Shown here one piece after another: positions 1-8,648 of a stretch of 64,000 nucleotides of DNA (position 1 is its first letter; the number at the start of each line of letters is the position of its first letter). The notes under the pieces were generated by a model. The model did no database searches, was not told the origin of the DNA, and was given only the letters and a program-made list of their open reading frames with translations. The position numbers and the translations under genes were made by a program. This stretch comes from an uncultured Nitrospiraceae bacterium (GTDB lineage Bacteria > Nitrospirota > Thermodesulfovibrionia > Thermodesulfovibrionales > SM23-35), in assembly GCA_937138415.1 (NCBI GenBank), contig CAKZPA010000040.1:9-64008 (forward strand). Reading direction: 5' to 3'.

Positions 1-83
1 CCAAGCACATTGTCCGTCGTCCCTTCCTTCAGCAGGTCATCAATCCCCTTGCGTATTCTCTTACTTGGTAGTATCCTTTTCAT
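1..83 (-). CDS. Transposase N-terminus, IS256-family-like (partial)
   Basis: Manual translation from ATG 83: MKRILPSKRIRKGIDDLLKEGTTDNVL..., similar to recalled IS256 transposase N-termini. GAAAGGAG lies upstream. Confidence 0.55.
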   Translation of the reverse strand, partial: MKRILPSKRIRKGIDDLLKEGTTDNVL

Positions 84-171
84 GGGCTTCGGTCTAATCT
101 CCTTTCTAAATGTGGTGATTTATTAAGGATAACCGAAGCCTCCTCCTTTTACAGGTAGTTTAGGACATCAC
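1..171 (-). mobile_element. Left end of an IS256-family insertion sequence, truncated by the window edge
   Basis: Minus strand from 171 reads GTGATGTCCTAAACTACCTGTAAAAGG, resembling IS256 terminal inverted repeats (G.G.TGTC..AAA....TGTAAA). It is followed by an SD and an ORF running off the window. Confidence 0.6.
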
Positions 172-332
172 ATTCGTAGGTGACCGCTATTCGGTATTAC
201 CCGGAGCGGGGGTTTTTCTATAATCGCTCTTGGTTAGATGTGAAAAGGAGGATAATCCTACCGTCGTTGAGGCGGGATGATAGCGATGATGCTGACGTAA
301 AGATGCAAAAAACTGTGGGCAGGAGATGAATA

Positions 333-788
333 ATGGATACGACGAATCGGTATGTGATGATGTGTCTGAAAGCAGAAGAGATTCAGAGTATGTGGCAGCC
401 GCGACAGTGCGACTTTTTCATCGAACGGACGGATGCCGAAGAGGGAGTGAGTTTCTGCAATCCCGCCAAGGGCATGATTCAGGTCGTTACCCTTTATTAC
501 GACGAAACGGCTGGAGAACGTTACGAAGAGGAATGCAGGGAAGTGAAAGATCAGGCCGTCTGGCTGCCCCGCCAGGACCAGTTGCAGGATTTCATCGAAC
601 CGGATATCGAAAAAGTTCACGACCTTATGCGGCAGGTGATCACAGCACAGTATGTCGATTATGGTACGCATACCACCGTCGACGCACCGGCGCTCTTTTA
701 TTCCATGGAGCAGCTTTGGTTCGCGTTTGTCATGGAGAAACGGTTCGGCAAGGTGTGGAACGAGTCAGCGTGGATTCCTGAAGGGTGA
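333..788 (+). CDS. Hypothetical protein (151 aa)
   Basis: SD AGGAG upstream; protein-like composition; WLPRQDQLQ and SMEQLWFAFVMEK..K.W motifs recalled from uncharacterised proteins. Confidence 0.75.
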   Translation: MDTTNRYVMMCLKAEEIQSMWQPRQCDFFIERTDAEEGVSFCNPAKGMIQVVTLYYDETAGERYEEECREVKDQAVWLPRQDQLQDFIEPDIEKVHDLMRQVITAQYVDYGTHTTVDAPALFYSMEQLWFAFVMEKRFGKVWNESAWIPEG

Positions 789-883
789 AAGAGGGTAACG
801 ACGCTCCGCCGTCAAGTAACCCAGCGACAACCGCGACCGAGAAGAGCGGTGTGTGCGTGATCAGCCAAAATAACATAACGAGT

Positions 884-2761
884 TCATTTCAGCACAGTTT
901 TTTTCAATTCATCGGCTACACGATTTATGACCGATTCCCAGTCACCGGGGGATGTCTGCCGGAAGAGTCTCATCGTCGGATACCAGGGAGTGTCTTCGCG
1001 ATTCAGCATCCATCGCCAATCAGGGACAAAGGGAAGCAGTGTCCACACGGGTTTCCCCATAGCACCGGCCAGATGAGCAATAGAGGTGTCAACCGAGATG
1101 ACCAGGTCGAGGTGTTGGATGCACGCCGCAGCATCGGCGAAGTCCTGTATGAATGGTGTGTAGTCGACAATCCCGGTCCCCGAGCAATGAGACGCTCCCG
1201 ATTCTGTGTTTTTATGAAGTTTAAAGAAAACGGTGCCTGTCGTCCCTAACAGAGGGCTGACTTGTTCCGGCCTCAACGATCGGATGCGATCGTTCCGGTA
1301 CGCGGGATCACCTGACCAGGCGAGCCCGATCCTGTAAGAACCTTGCTCTTTGCTTACGAGCTGTCTCCATCGCTCTACGGCGGATGGTTCGGCCGAGATG
1401 TATGGGACATGCGACGGGATCTCGTTCAGATCGGTTGTCATTAGACGGGGCAGACTGAGGAGATGACACTGAAGATCGCTTGCGGGCAATGGGAGTTGGA
1501 GGTCGAATACTCGGCTGATCCCCTTAAGTTTTTCGAACAATGTGATCAGTTCTCTTTGACACGCAACAAAGACGGTGCCCCCTCTCTCCGCGAGGAGAGG
1601 TGCGTAACGAATGAACTGGATGGTGTCGCCGAATCCCTGCTCCGCGAGGAGCAGGATCGACTTCCCGGAGACATCCTCACCCTTCCATGGTTTTGTGAGG
1701 TGCCTTGAGGGCGAATCAGGCAATTGGAGCCGCCATTCGTATTCTTCCCATCCCTCGCTAAAATTACCAGATAAAAGGAGTACCGTAGCGAGATTGAAAT
1801 GAGCCTCGGCAAGATTCGATTGGACAACGACCGCTTTTCGAAACGCTTCCTCTGCCTCCGCGAAGTGTGCTTTTTCCCGGAGTGCCACGCCAAGATTATT
1901 CAGAGCTTCGGCGAACTGCGGGTCCATGTCTATGGCTTTTCGATACCATGCAATGGCCGTGTCAAGGTCATCCCGGTCTTTATAAACGGCGCCGAGCGTA
2001 TTGTACGTTGAGGCATGATCGGGCCTTGCCTCAGCCGCACGTTTTAAAAGAGCCAACGCTTCGTCGTGCTCGCCCTTTACGCGGAGGATGTTTCCGAGGT
2101 TTATCATTGCTTCGACGTGGTCGCTTCTCAGCGAGAGGGCACGCCGGTAACATTTGATCGATTCATCTGCGTTGCCTCTGACCTGCTCGAGAACCCCCAG
2201 TCTGAACCACGCCTCGGTGAAATCGGGATCGATCTCGGTTGCGTCATGGTAGTGATCGCGTGCTTCGTCGAGGAATCCTTGTTCCTGGAGCGTTGCCCCC
2301 AACGCAAAATAGGCATCTGAGCTCGGCCCCGGCTTTATAATGTCGACGAGCGTCACATCGAACGTGAGATCCTTGCCCGCGAATTCATGATTGGCATCGA
2401 GCGTCACGGTCGCTTCGGTCACTTCGACTACTCTAAAAACCTTCTCTTCATTCTCCTGTTTTATTCTGATCTGCATGCCGACTTCTGGCTCGATATGAGC
2501 AGGAAATGATTCCCGACTCACGATGTGCTTGAGTTCCTCCTGATAGGGTCCAAATGCCTCTTCTGCCCGCAGGACGACAGTTTTGTGCTCGCCGGGCGAC
2601 ATACCGATACATGCTCTCTCGAAACCCCTGATCAATCCGCTTTTCCCAATAGTCAACTGGAGAGGAGGCCTTCCATCCGAGCTATCCACAATCATTCCGT
2701 CCTCGCTCCGGCATACAAAATGCACAGCTATCATATCGCCGAACTTCGCGCGCGTGTTCAT
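884..2761 (-). CDS. FKBP/SlyD-type PPIase domain + TPR repeats + glycosyltransferase (GT9/GT-B-like) fusion
   Basis: N-terminal AFGPY...LDANHEFAGKDLTFDV (SlyD-like); about six TPR repeats; C-terminal EQGFGDTIQF, IGLAWSG and LDLVISVDTSIAHLAGAMG...WYPTMRLFRQ. Confidence 0.85.
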   Translation of the reverse strand: MNTRAKFGDMIAVHFVCRSEDGMIVDSSDGRPPLQLTIGKSGLIRGFERACIGMSPGEHKTVVLRAEEAFGPYQEELKHIVSRESFPAHIEPEVGMQIRIKQENEEKVFRVVEVTEATVTLDANHEFAGKDLTFDVTLVDIIKPGPSSDAYFALGATLQEQGFLDEARDHYHDATEIDPDFTEAWFRLGVLEQVRGNADESIKCYRRALSLRSDHVEAMINLGNILRVKGEHDEALALLKRAAEARPDHASTYNTLGAVYKDRDDLDTAIAWYRKAIDMDPQFAEALNNLGVALREKAHFAEAEEAFRKAVVVQSNLAEAHFNLATVLLLSGNFSEGWEEYEWRLQLPDSPSRHLTKPWKGEDVSGKSILLLAEQGFGDTIQFIRYAPLLAERGGTVFVACQRELITLFEKLKGISRVFDLQLPLPASDLQCHLLSLPRLMTTDLNEIPSHVPYISAEPSAVERWRQLVSKEQGSYRIGLAWSGDPAYRNDRIRSLRPEQVSPLLGTTGTVFFKLHKNTESGASHCSGTGIVDYTPFIQDFADAAACIQHLDLVISVDTSIAHLAGAMGKPVWTLLPFVPDWRWMLNREDTPWYPTMRLFRQTSPGDWESVINRVADELKKTVLK

Positions 2762-2787
2762 TGATTCATAATCCTTTCTTTATTCAC

Positions 2788-3498
2788 CTATTTCCCTATA
2801 TTGAAGTGATCATAGACCACTGATTCGAGATTGCTTCGGGGCGGCGGTATCGACACGGGTTTCTCCTTCGAAGGTGTCGATTCGGCTTGAGCAGCCTGTT
2901 GCGCTTTCTGAATGGGGACGCTGCGCCGAGGAGCATCTGCACCCACGGGCTGCTGAGGTTCAGCAGGCTGAGCAGAGTCGCGCATTTTCGATTTCCGTTT
3001 GTCGATCACGTGCACGAAAAGGTATTCTTCACCGCGCGTCATGAAAATTTTATCTGGCCCGACCTCCTTGAGCGTGAATCCGCTCAACGTATCGCCTTTC
3101 TTTAACGCGATCTGCCGTTTGCCGCGTCCCGGCGTGGTCCGGGGAGCTTTCAGATCCTCCAGATACGCTACTTGCTGCTCGTCGGAGACCATCGTCCCAT
3201 AAAGCACAAAGTCGGGCCTCGGCAGTTCCGGCTCACCCTTCTTCTCGGGCGGAATTATTCGGTCAGGATGAAAAACATTGTCGTCTCCTATGCTCGCGTA
3301 ATCTGAAGCAGAGGGTGGAGAGAATTCGCGGTAAGATAGAGCTCCAGCAGCGTCGACTTTCTTTTGTTCGGGAAGGATAAAGGCGACGTCCGTCGAGATG
3401 ACCGGTGCTAGAACATATCTTACTATCAGCATGACAAGACACAAAAGAATGACATTCAGTACGGTAATGTGTCTGAAAAGATGTTTAGTCTTCGTCAT
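2788..3498 (-). CDS. Membrane-anchored type II secretion GspC/N-like protein
   Basis: N-terminal TM helix, NVFHPDR, FVLYGTM...AYLED, GDTLSGFTLKEV pattern, Pro/Gln-rich tail. Confidence 0.55.
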   Translation of the reverse strand: MTKTKHLFRHITVLNVILLCLVMLIVRYVLAPVISTDVAFILPEQKKVDAAGALSYREFSPPSASDYASIGDDNVFHPDRIIPPEKKGEPELPRPDFVLYGTMVSDEQQVAYLEDLKAPRTTPGRGKRQIALKKGDTLSGFTLKEVGPDKIFMTRGEEYLFVHVIDKRKSKMRDSAQPAEPQQPVGADAPRRSVPIQKAQQAAQAESTPSKEKPVSIPPPRSNLESVVYDHFNIGK

Positions 3499-3534
3499 AT
3501 CAGGATAGAATACACAATCGCTGCGAACGCCCGG

Positions 3535-4335
3535 CTATTTGAAACTCTGATCCTCGGTCGGGAAGAGACCACCTTCGACCTCTTCTCTGTAACGCGAAAT
3601 CGCTTCGAGGGCGAGGCTCCTCAGATTGACATACTGCTTCGCGAACTTCGGCAAGAACCGCTCGAACAGGCCGACGACGTCGTGGAGGACGAGCACCTGC
3701 CCGTCGCAGTAGGGACCTGCGCCGATGCCGATCGTGGGGATCGAGATCTCGTCCGTTATCTGTTTCGCGAGACCCATCGGAATGGCTTCGAGGAGAAGGA
3801 ACGCCGCTCCGGCATCCTCCACGACGCGGGCGTGTTCGAGAAGCCGCTTGGCTGACTCCTCGGTCTTTCCCTGCACTTTGTAGCCACCCATGCGGTGGAT
3901 CGACTGCGGTGTGAGGCCAATGTGTGCCATCACCGGGATATCCGCTTTCGCCATCGCTCTGATACGGTCCGCGACCTCCGCTCCGCCTTCGATCTTGACC
4001 GCCGACGCGCCGGCTTCCTTGAGGAATCTTCCCGCATTCCGAACTGCGTCTTCGATGCTCGCCTGGTAGGACATGAAGGGCAGATCGCCGATGACGATGG
4101 CGTTCCGCACAGCGCGTGAAACGATCCTCGTATGGTAGACCATCTCGTCCATTGTCACCGGGAGCGTATTCTCGAGACCCTGCACGACCATCCCGACGGA
4201 ATCCCCGACGATGATGCCGTCGATCCCGGCTTCGTCGACGATTTTCGCAAAAGGGTAGTCGTACGCCGTGAGCATCGAGATTTTCTTTTTCTCTCTCTTC
4301 TTTTTCAGAAGGTCATGAATGGTTATCTTTGGCAT
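3535..4335 (-). CDS. panB: 3-methyl-2-oxobutanoate hydroxymethyltransferase
   Basis: [26 protein letters not shown] and GIGAG..CDGQVLV motifs. Confidence 0.97.
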   Translation of the reverse strand: MPKITIHDLLKKKREKKKISMLTAYDYPFAKIVDEAGIDGIIVGDSVGMVVQGLENTLPVTMDEMVYHTRIVSRAVRNAIVIGDLPFMSYQASIEDAVRNAGRFLKEAGASAVKIEGGAEVADRIRAMAKADIPVMAHIGLTPQSIHRMGGYKVQGKTEESAKRLLEHARVVEDAGAAFLLLEAIPMGLAKQITDEISIPTIGIGAGPYCDGQVLVLHDVVGLFERFLPKFAKQYVNLRSLALEAISRYREEVEGGLFPTEDQSFK

Positions 4336-4399
4336 TTTTATTTCTTCCTCTCAACAGCCATCATAGCGATTTTTACCACAAAGCGCGCACCGTCTCGCA

Positions 4400-4647
4400 T
4401 CATTTGCATCGCTCTTCGTGTTCTTCGGTCGGGATGAAGTCTTCATCTCCGTGAAAGGCGAGCTCGCGCTCGTTCCTCAATTTGTTCGAGATGCGGGCGA
4501 TCTTCCCAATGTCGCAGTCAGATTCCGGCGTTGCCGTCCCGCGGGCGAACGAACCGAAGAGGACGAGACTGACGAGACGGTCCCGTAGTAGTTGCGTATC
4601 CTCTTTTTCAAGGCCCGAACGAGTTTCTTTTCCCTTCGTTTAGTCAC
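4400..4647 (-). pseudogene. Degenerate MNT-HEPN remnant (frameshift plus internal deletion fusing the two genes)
   Basis: Manual translation: VTKRREKKLVRALKKRIRNYYG, frameshift, DRLVSLVLFGSFARGTATPESDCDI (MNT motif), then directly KIARISNKLRNERELAFHGDEDFIPTEEH (HEPN-like C-terminus), stop at 4400-4402. Confidence 0.75.
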
Positions 4648-4650
4648 ATC

Positions 4651-4986
4651 TCATACAAGTCGCACGGCGGTTCTCAGCACTTCGACGATAAAGGGGTTTT
4701 TCGAACGCTTCATGTCTTCGAACTCGTCGACCGTGTAAACGAGCGGTTGGATCGGGAGATCGGTCAGATCGAGAATTTTACCGATGCGGTCAAAAAAGCG
4801 CTCTCTGAAGTCCCCGACGATCAGAAGGTCGATATCGCTCCCCTCGTGGATTTCTTTTTTCGCGAAGGAGCCGTAGAGGTACACTTCACGGACAGGGAGA
4901 GTGTCTTTCAGCGTCGAAAGAAACTCTCTCAATCGCGCAAAGATTTTTTCGTATTCTCCAATATTGATTCTGCGGAGCGTATGCAC
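4651..4986 (-). CDS. Minimal nucleotidyltransferase (MNT) domain protein
   Basis: VYLYGSFAK...GSDIDLLIV motif; overlaps the HEPN gene. Confidence 0.9.
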   Translation of the reverse strand: MHTLRRINIGEYEKIFARLREFLSTLKDTLPVREVYLYGSFAKKEIHEGSDIDLLIVGDFRERFFDRIGKILDLTDLPIQPLVYTVDEFEDMKRSKNPFIVEVLRTAVRLV

Positions 4987-5327
4987 CGTGCGGCATCCTC
5001 ACTTTCGTAGAACTCGGCAGGGGCAAGGTCTCCCCCTAAACCGTTCGGATATCTTGTCGGTATATAATACATGTCGAGCGTCCTCGCATCAGTCGAAAGA
5101 CTCATGAACGAGGCTTCAAGCTTTGCGCATTCCGTCAACAGTTCTTTGAGCGAGTGCGTCATGATGGAGGCGAACCCCTTTTCGTACAGGTACGCTTTCA
5201 GCGCTTTCTCGCCGCTCTGCTGTGCCTGGAAACAGCTCCACTCGTAATTGCCGGCCTGAAAACTATCCCTGGAAGCCTTAAGGTCGGCTTCGGCTTGCCT
5301 CATCCATTTGCGCGTTATCCTTCTCAT
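4929..5327 (-). CDS. HEPN domain protein
   Basis: W..QAEADL, CFQAQQSGEKALKAYL, THSL and YYIPTRYP motifs; start set at ATG 5327. Confidence 0.9.
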   Translation of the reverse strand: MRRITRKWMRQAEADLKASRDSFQAGNYEWSCFQAQQSGEKALKAYLYEKGFASIMTHSLKELLTECAKLEASFMSLSTDARTLDMYYIPTRYPNGLGGDLAPAEFYESEDAARCIRSAESILENTKKSLRD

Positions 5328-5516
5328 CGTCGCATCGGGAGGTGACACGATCGCTAAGCATATTATACCGGAACTCGGCCTGATAGGCGCACCGTCGGTA
5401 CACGGTTTTTAAAGGACGAGAATGGTTAAACGGTAAAATCCATGCTCGGCACCGCAGCCCCATCGAATGCGCGGGCTGTTGACACGGAGAATGAAAGATA
5501 TGGTATGGTATGGATC

Positions 5517-5595
<79 letters not shown>

Positions 5596-5952
5596 ATTCT
5601 TATGAATGGAAGGAGCACGACAGGCGAACCGTCGTGTCCCGCAGTGTGAGGCTTCCATGAACACTATCGCGAAGGGAGTGCGTTCAGCGGTAACGAGCAT
5701 CTTCGCTCGTTCCGTGCAATGAAACGCACCTCCATCGTTCGTTTCTCGTAATTGTTACGCATCTTTCCGTTCCGCAGTGCGCTCGCACGTCTTGCAACCA
5801 ATGAGCGCTGAGCGCTCGACTTCGCGCGTTTCCTCTATGAACGTCCTTTTCACACGGATGACTCTGCGCCACCTGCCGATGTGGCAAGGCAAAGCACGGC
5901 GGGTACCGCGAAGCAGGAGAAAAAAAGCGGCGCCGTGAGCTATAATGATACC

Positions 5953-6303
5953 ATGCTGAGGAGTTTTCTCAGAGCGAAGATCCATAACGCGACGGTCACC
6001 GAATCGAACCTTTCGTACGAGGGGAGCATTACGATCGATGCGGCGATCATAGAGGAGGCTGGGATCCTCCCATACGAGCAGGTCATGATCAGCAACCTCA
6101 ACAATGGGGAGCGCTTCGAGACGTACGTCATCCCTGGCAAAAGCGGGGAGATCTGTCTCAACGGTCCGACCGCCCGAAAAGGGGTCGTCGGCGACAAAAT
6201 CATTATTTTCAGTTACGGGTATCTCGACGACGCGAGAACCGAAGGCTTTCGACCGAAGATCGTCCGCCTGGACGAAAAGAATCGCATTGTAAAAACGACG
6301 TGA
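5953..6303 (+). CDS. panD: Aspartate 1-decarboxylase proenzyme
   Basis: MLRSFLRAKIH, YEGSITID self-cleavage site, NGERFETY, CLNG..AR. Confidence 0.96.
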   Translation: MLRSFLRAKIHNATVTESNLSYEGSITIDAAIIEEAGILPYEQVMISNLNNGERFETYVIPGKSGEICLNGPTARKGVVGDKIIIFSYGYLDDARTEGFRPKIVRLDEKNRIVKTT

Positions 6304-6551
6304 TGCCCCTTCGGCGTCGGACGCGGGAGATATCCTGCGATCTGTCTTCGGCTGGCACCGCGACACAGTCCGCGCTGCAGGAGACCTTTCGCCATCTGGG
6401 ACGTTCTCTCCTTTTTGTTCCGACCCTCTGCCGTCTGGCCCGGAGTATTCAGACGCTCAGTGTTCGGAGATCGGCACAATAAACCCGCCCGTACGCTCTG
6501 TCCCGTCAGTATCCCCATGAATTCATGAATGTCACAGGCTAAACATTTTTC

Positions 6552-6580
6552 TTGACATCGCGATCCACCCGTCGTAAACT
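6552..6580 (+). promoter_or_regulatory. Sigma-70 promoter of the tetR-efflux operon
   Basis: TTGACA (6552-6557), 17-bp spacer, TAAACT (6575-6580). Confidence 0.8.
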
Positions 6581-6609
6581 GAACGTACGTTCACATGAAC
6601 AAACGTTCA
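6580..6609. promoter_or_regulatory. Tandem palindromic operators, probably TetR sites
   Basis: Perfect palindrome TGAACGTACGTTCA (6580-6593) and a near copy TGAACAAACGTTCA (6596-6609), covering the -10 edge and start codon. Confidence 0.75.
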
Positions 6610-7182
6610 GGTATGAAATCGAGGGAGCGGATCATGAGAGCCGCCATGGATGTTTTTCTCCGGAAGGGGTATGCGAAGGCGAGCATCCGCGAGATCGCGC
6701 GGTCGGCCGGCCTCAGCGTCGGGGCCGTCTACCTCTATTTCCGGAACAAGGAGGAACTGTACAAGAACCTGATCCTCGAGAAGATGAGAGATCTGGAGAG
6801 CAGGACGGCACGGCTGTTCGAGACGATAGGATCGGCGCCGGAGGCGCTGTCCGGGATACTCGGTATGCACCTCGAACATGCGATTAAGCACCGGGAGTTC
6901 ATTCTCCTCCACATCAGGGAGCACGGCTTTACGTTCGGTGCTCAAGAGAAGAGGAAATTTTTCGAGCACCAGAAGGAAATGGTCGAGAACATTATCCGGC
7001 GGGGAATCCTCTCGGGAGAATTCAGGAAGTGCAATCCCGGGGATATGGCGACGATGATCATGGGGTCCTTGAGAGGGATCATCCTGACCGTTGCCCTCGA
7101 CGACACGCGCATCAGTGCGAAGATGCTGAATGACTACGTGTTGAGCGGCCTCCTGAAGACTTCGAAGGAGGGATCACTATGA
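6595..7182 (+). CDS. TetR/AcrR family transcriptional regulator
   Basis: N-terminal HTH: RIMRAA..VF.RKGY..ASIREIA..AGLSVGAVYLYFRNKEEL. Confidence 0.93.
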   Translation: MNKRSGMKSRERIMRAAMDVFLRKGYAKASIREIARSAGLSVGAVYLYFRNKEELYKNLILEKMRDLESRTARLFETIGSAPEALSGILGMHLEHAIKHREFILLHIREHGFTFGAQEKRKFFEHQKEMVENIIRRGILSGEFRKCNPGDMATMIMGSLRGIILTVALDDTRISAKMLNDYVLSGLLKTSKEGSL

Positions 7183-8534
7183 AGTGCATCGTCTCTTTTC
7201 TCCTTGTCGTCCTTGCGGGCGCTACGCATGCGTACGCAGAACCATCCGCTCCGCTTTGGTCGGACCCGGAGGAGAGCGTCCCTCTTTACGGACTCGTCGA
7301 TTTGTGCCGCATCGGGCTCCGGAGTGCGGAACCGGTGAGGATTTCGGAAGAAGAAGTATTCATCGCGGAAAGGGAAAAAGAGAAATCGAGGGCGGCGTTG
7401 CTGCCTGCGCTCACGGCGTTCGGGCAGTACACACGCTACAGCGAGGAAAAGAGCGCGGCCTCTTCTTTCGGAAGCATGGCAATACAACCGGAAAGCGCGT
7501 TGTCGTGGGGAATGCGTCTCAGCCAATCCTTCTCTTTGGGGGGCAAGGAAGTGACGGCTCTCAAGATCGCGAAGAAGGGAATCGAGTTTCGCAGGTACGA
7601 TCTCTACGCAATTCGGGAAGAATACGTCCTCAAGATAGCGGAATCGTTTTACGGGGTCTTGAAGGCGAAGAAGGGCGTCGATATCGCGAAAGCGAACGTC
7701 GCGCGGCTTGAAAAATACAGAGATGAAGCGAATCTGCGGCTTCGCGTCGGCGAGGTATCGAAGACCGCGGTTCTCAGGGCGGAAGGAGAGCTCTCGGGAG
7801 CCCGAGCGGAATTGATCAGGGCCGAGAATATCCTCAGTCTCGCAAAAGCGACGCTCGCGCGGGTGGCCGGAATCGAAGGACCGTACGATGTTGAGGAGAC
7901 GGGTGCCGAAGGCGCACTTGCCGCTCCCGCTATCCCGGACTCGCTCGAATCCCTGAAGCAGAGGGCTTTTTCGGAGAGGGCGGATCTCGTGTCGGCCGGT
8001 ATTCAGAAGAGCGCCGCGGAGGACCGGATCAGAGGTGCGAGGAGCGCGTACTGGCCTGCGCTGTCGTTCGAGGGAGTCTTCCTGAAGCGTGACGAAGAAC
8101 CCTCCTCTTCTTTCTTTGTCGGAGAGAGCATATACGGATTGTTCCGCATCGATGTTCCTCTGTTCGAAGGGGGGTTGCGGCAGGCAGAGGTAAGGGTATC
8201 GGAAGCGCGGAAGCGGCAGGCGGAGTGGTTGTATGACGATCTGAAGAAGACGATATCGGTGGAGGTGGATGCCGCGTACCTCGACCTGCGAACACAGGCG
8301 GGCATCCTCGCGTCTCTCGAAGATCAACTGCGCTTTGCGCGGGAAAATTTCGACGCGGTGAGCAAACAGTTTGCGGCGGGTCTCGCGAGCAGTATCGACG
8401 TGATCGATGCGAATACGCTTCTGGTTGATTCCGAGAGGCAACTCTCGCGGGCGCAGTATGATTACCGGATTGCGGTGCTCCGTTTGAAACGCGCGACGGG
8501 AACCCTGCTGAAGATGGTGGACGGGATGAGGTGA
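7179..8534 (+). CDS. TolC family outer membrane efflux protein
   Basis: Signal peptide and two OEP repeats (ARSAYWPALS, VPLFEGG, GLASSIDVIDA). Confidence 0.92.
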   Translation: MKCIVSFLLVVLAGATHAYAEPSAPLWSDPEESVPLYGLVDLCRIGLRSAEPVRISEEEVFIAEREKEKSRAALLPALTAFGQYTRYSEEKSAASSFGSMAIQPESALSWGMRLSQSFSLGGKEVTALKIAKKGIEFRRYDLYAIREEYVLKIAESFYGVLKAKKGVDIAKANVARLEKYRDEANLRLRVGEVSKTAVLRAEGELSGARAELIRAENILSLAKATLARVAGIEGPYDVEETGAEGALAAPAIPDSLESLKQRAFSERADLVSAGIQKSAAEDRIRGARSAYWPALSFEGVFLKRDEEPSSSFFVGESIYGLFRIDVPLFEGGLRQAEVRVSEARKRQAEWLYDDLKKTISVEVDAAYLDLRTQAGILASLEDQLRFARENFDAVSKQFAAGLASSIDVIDANTLLVDSERQLSRAQYDYRIAVLRLKRATGTLLKMVDGMR

Positions 8535-8648
8535 ACGCTGCCGCGCACGTGAGAGACGTGACCGGGATGCACGAATAGTCGGGGAAAGGCCGGGGACGGG
8601 AGGCGGGATCCGATAATTCCTTATGGGACGAAGACGAGGTGTGAGACG

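Noticed and set aside
6304-6550. Riboswitch or small gene between panD and tetR
   Set aside because: No aptamer consensus recognised; the short ORFs lack protein-like features.
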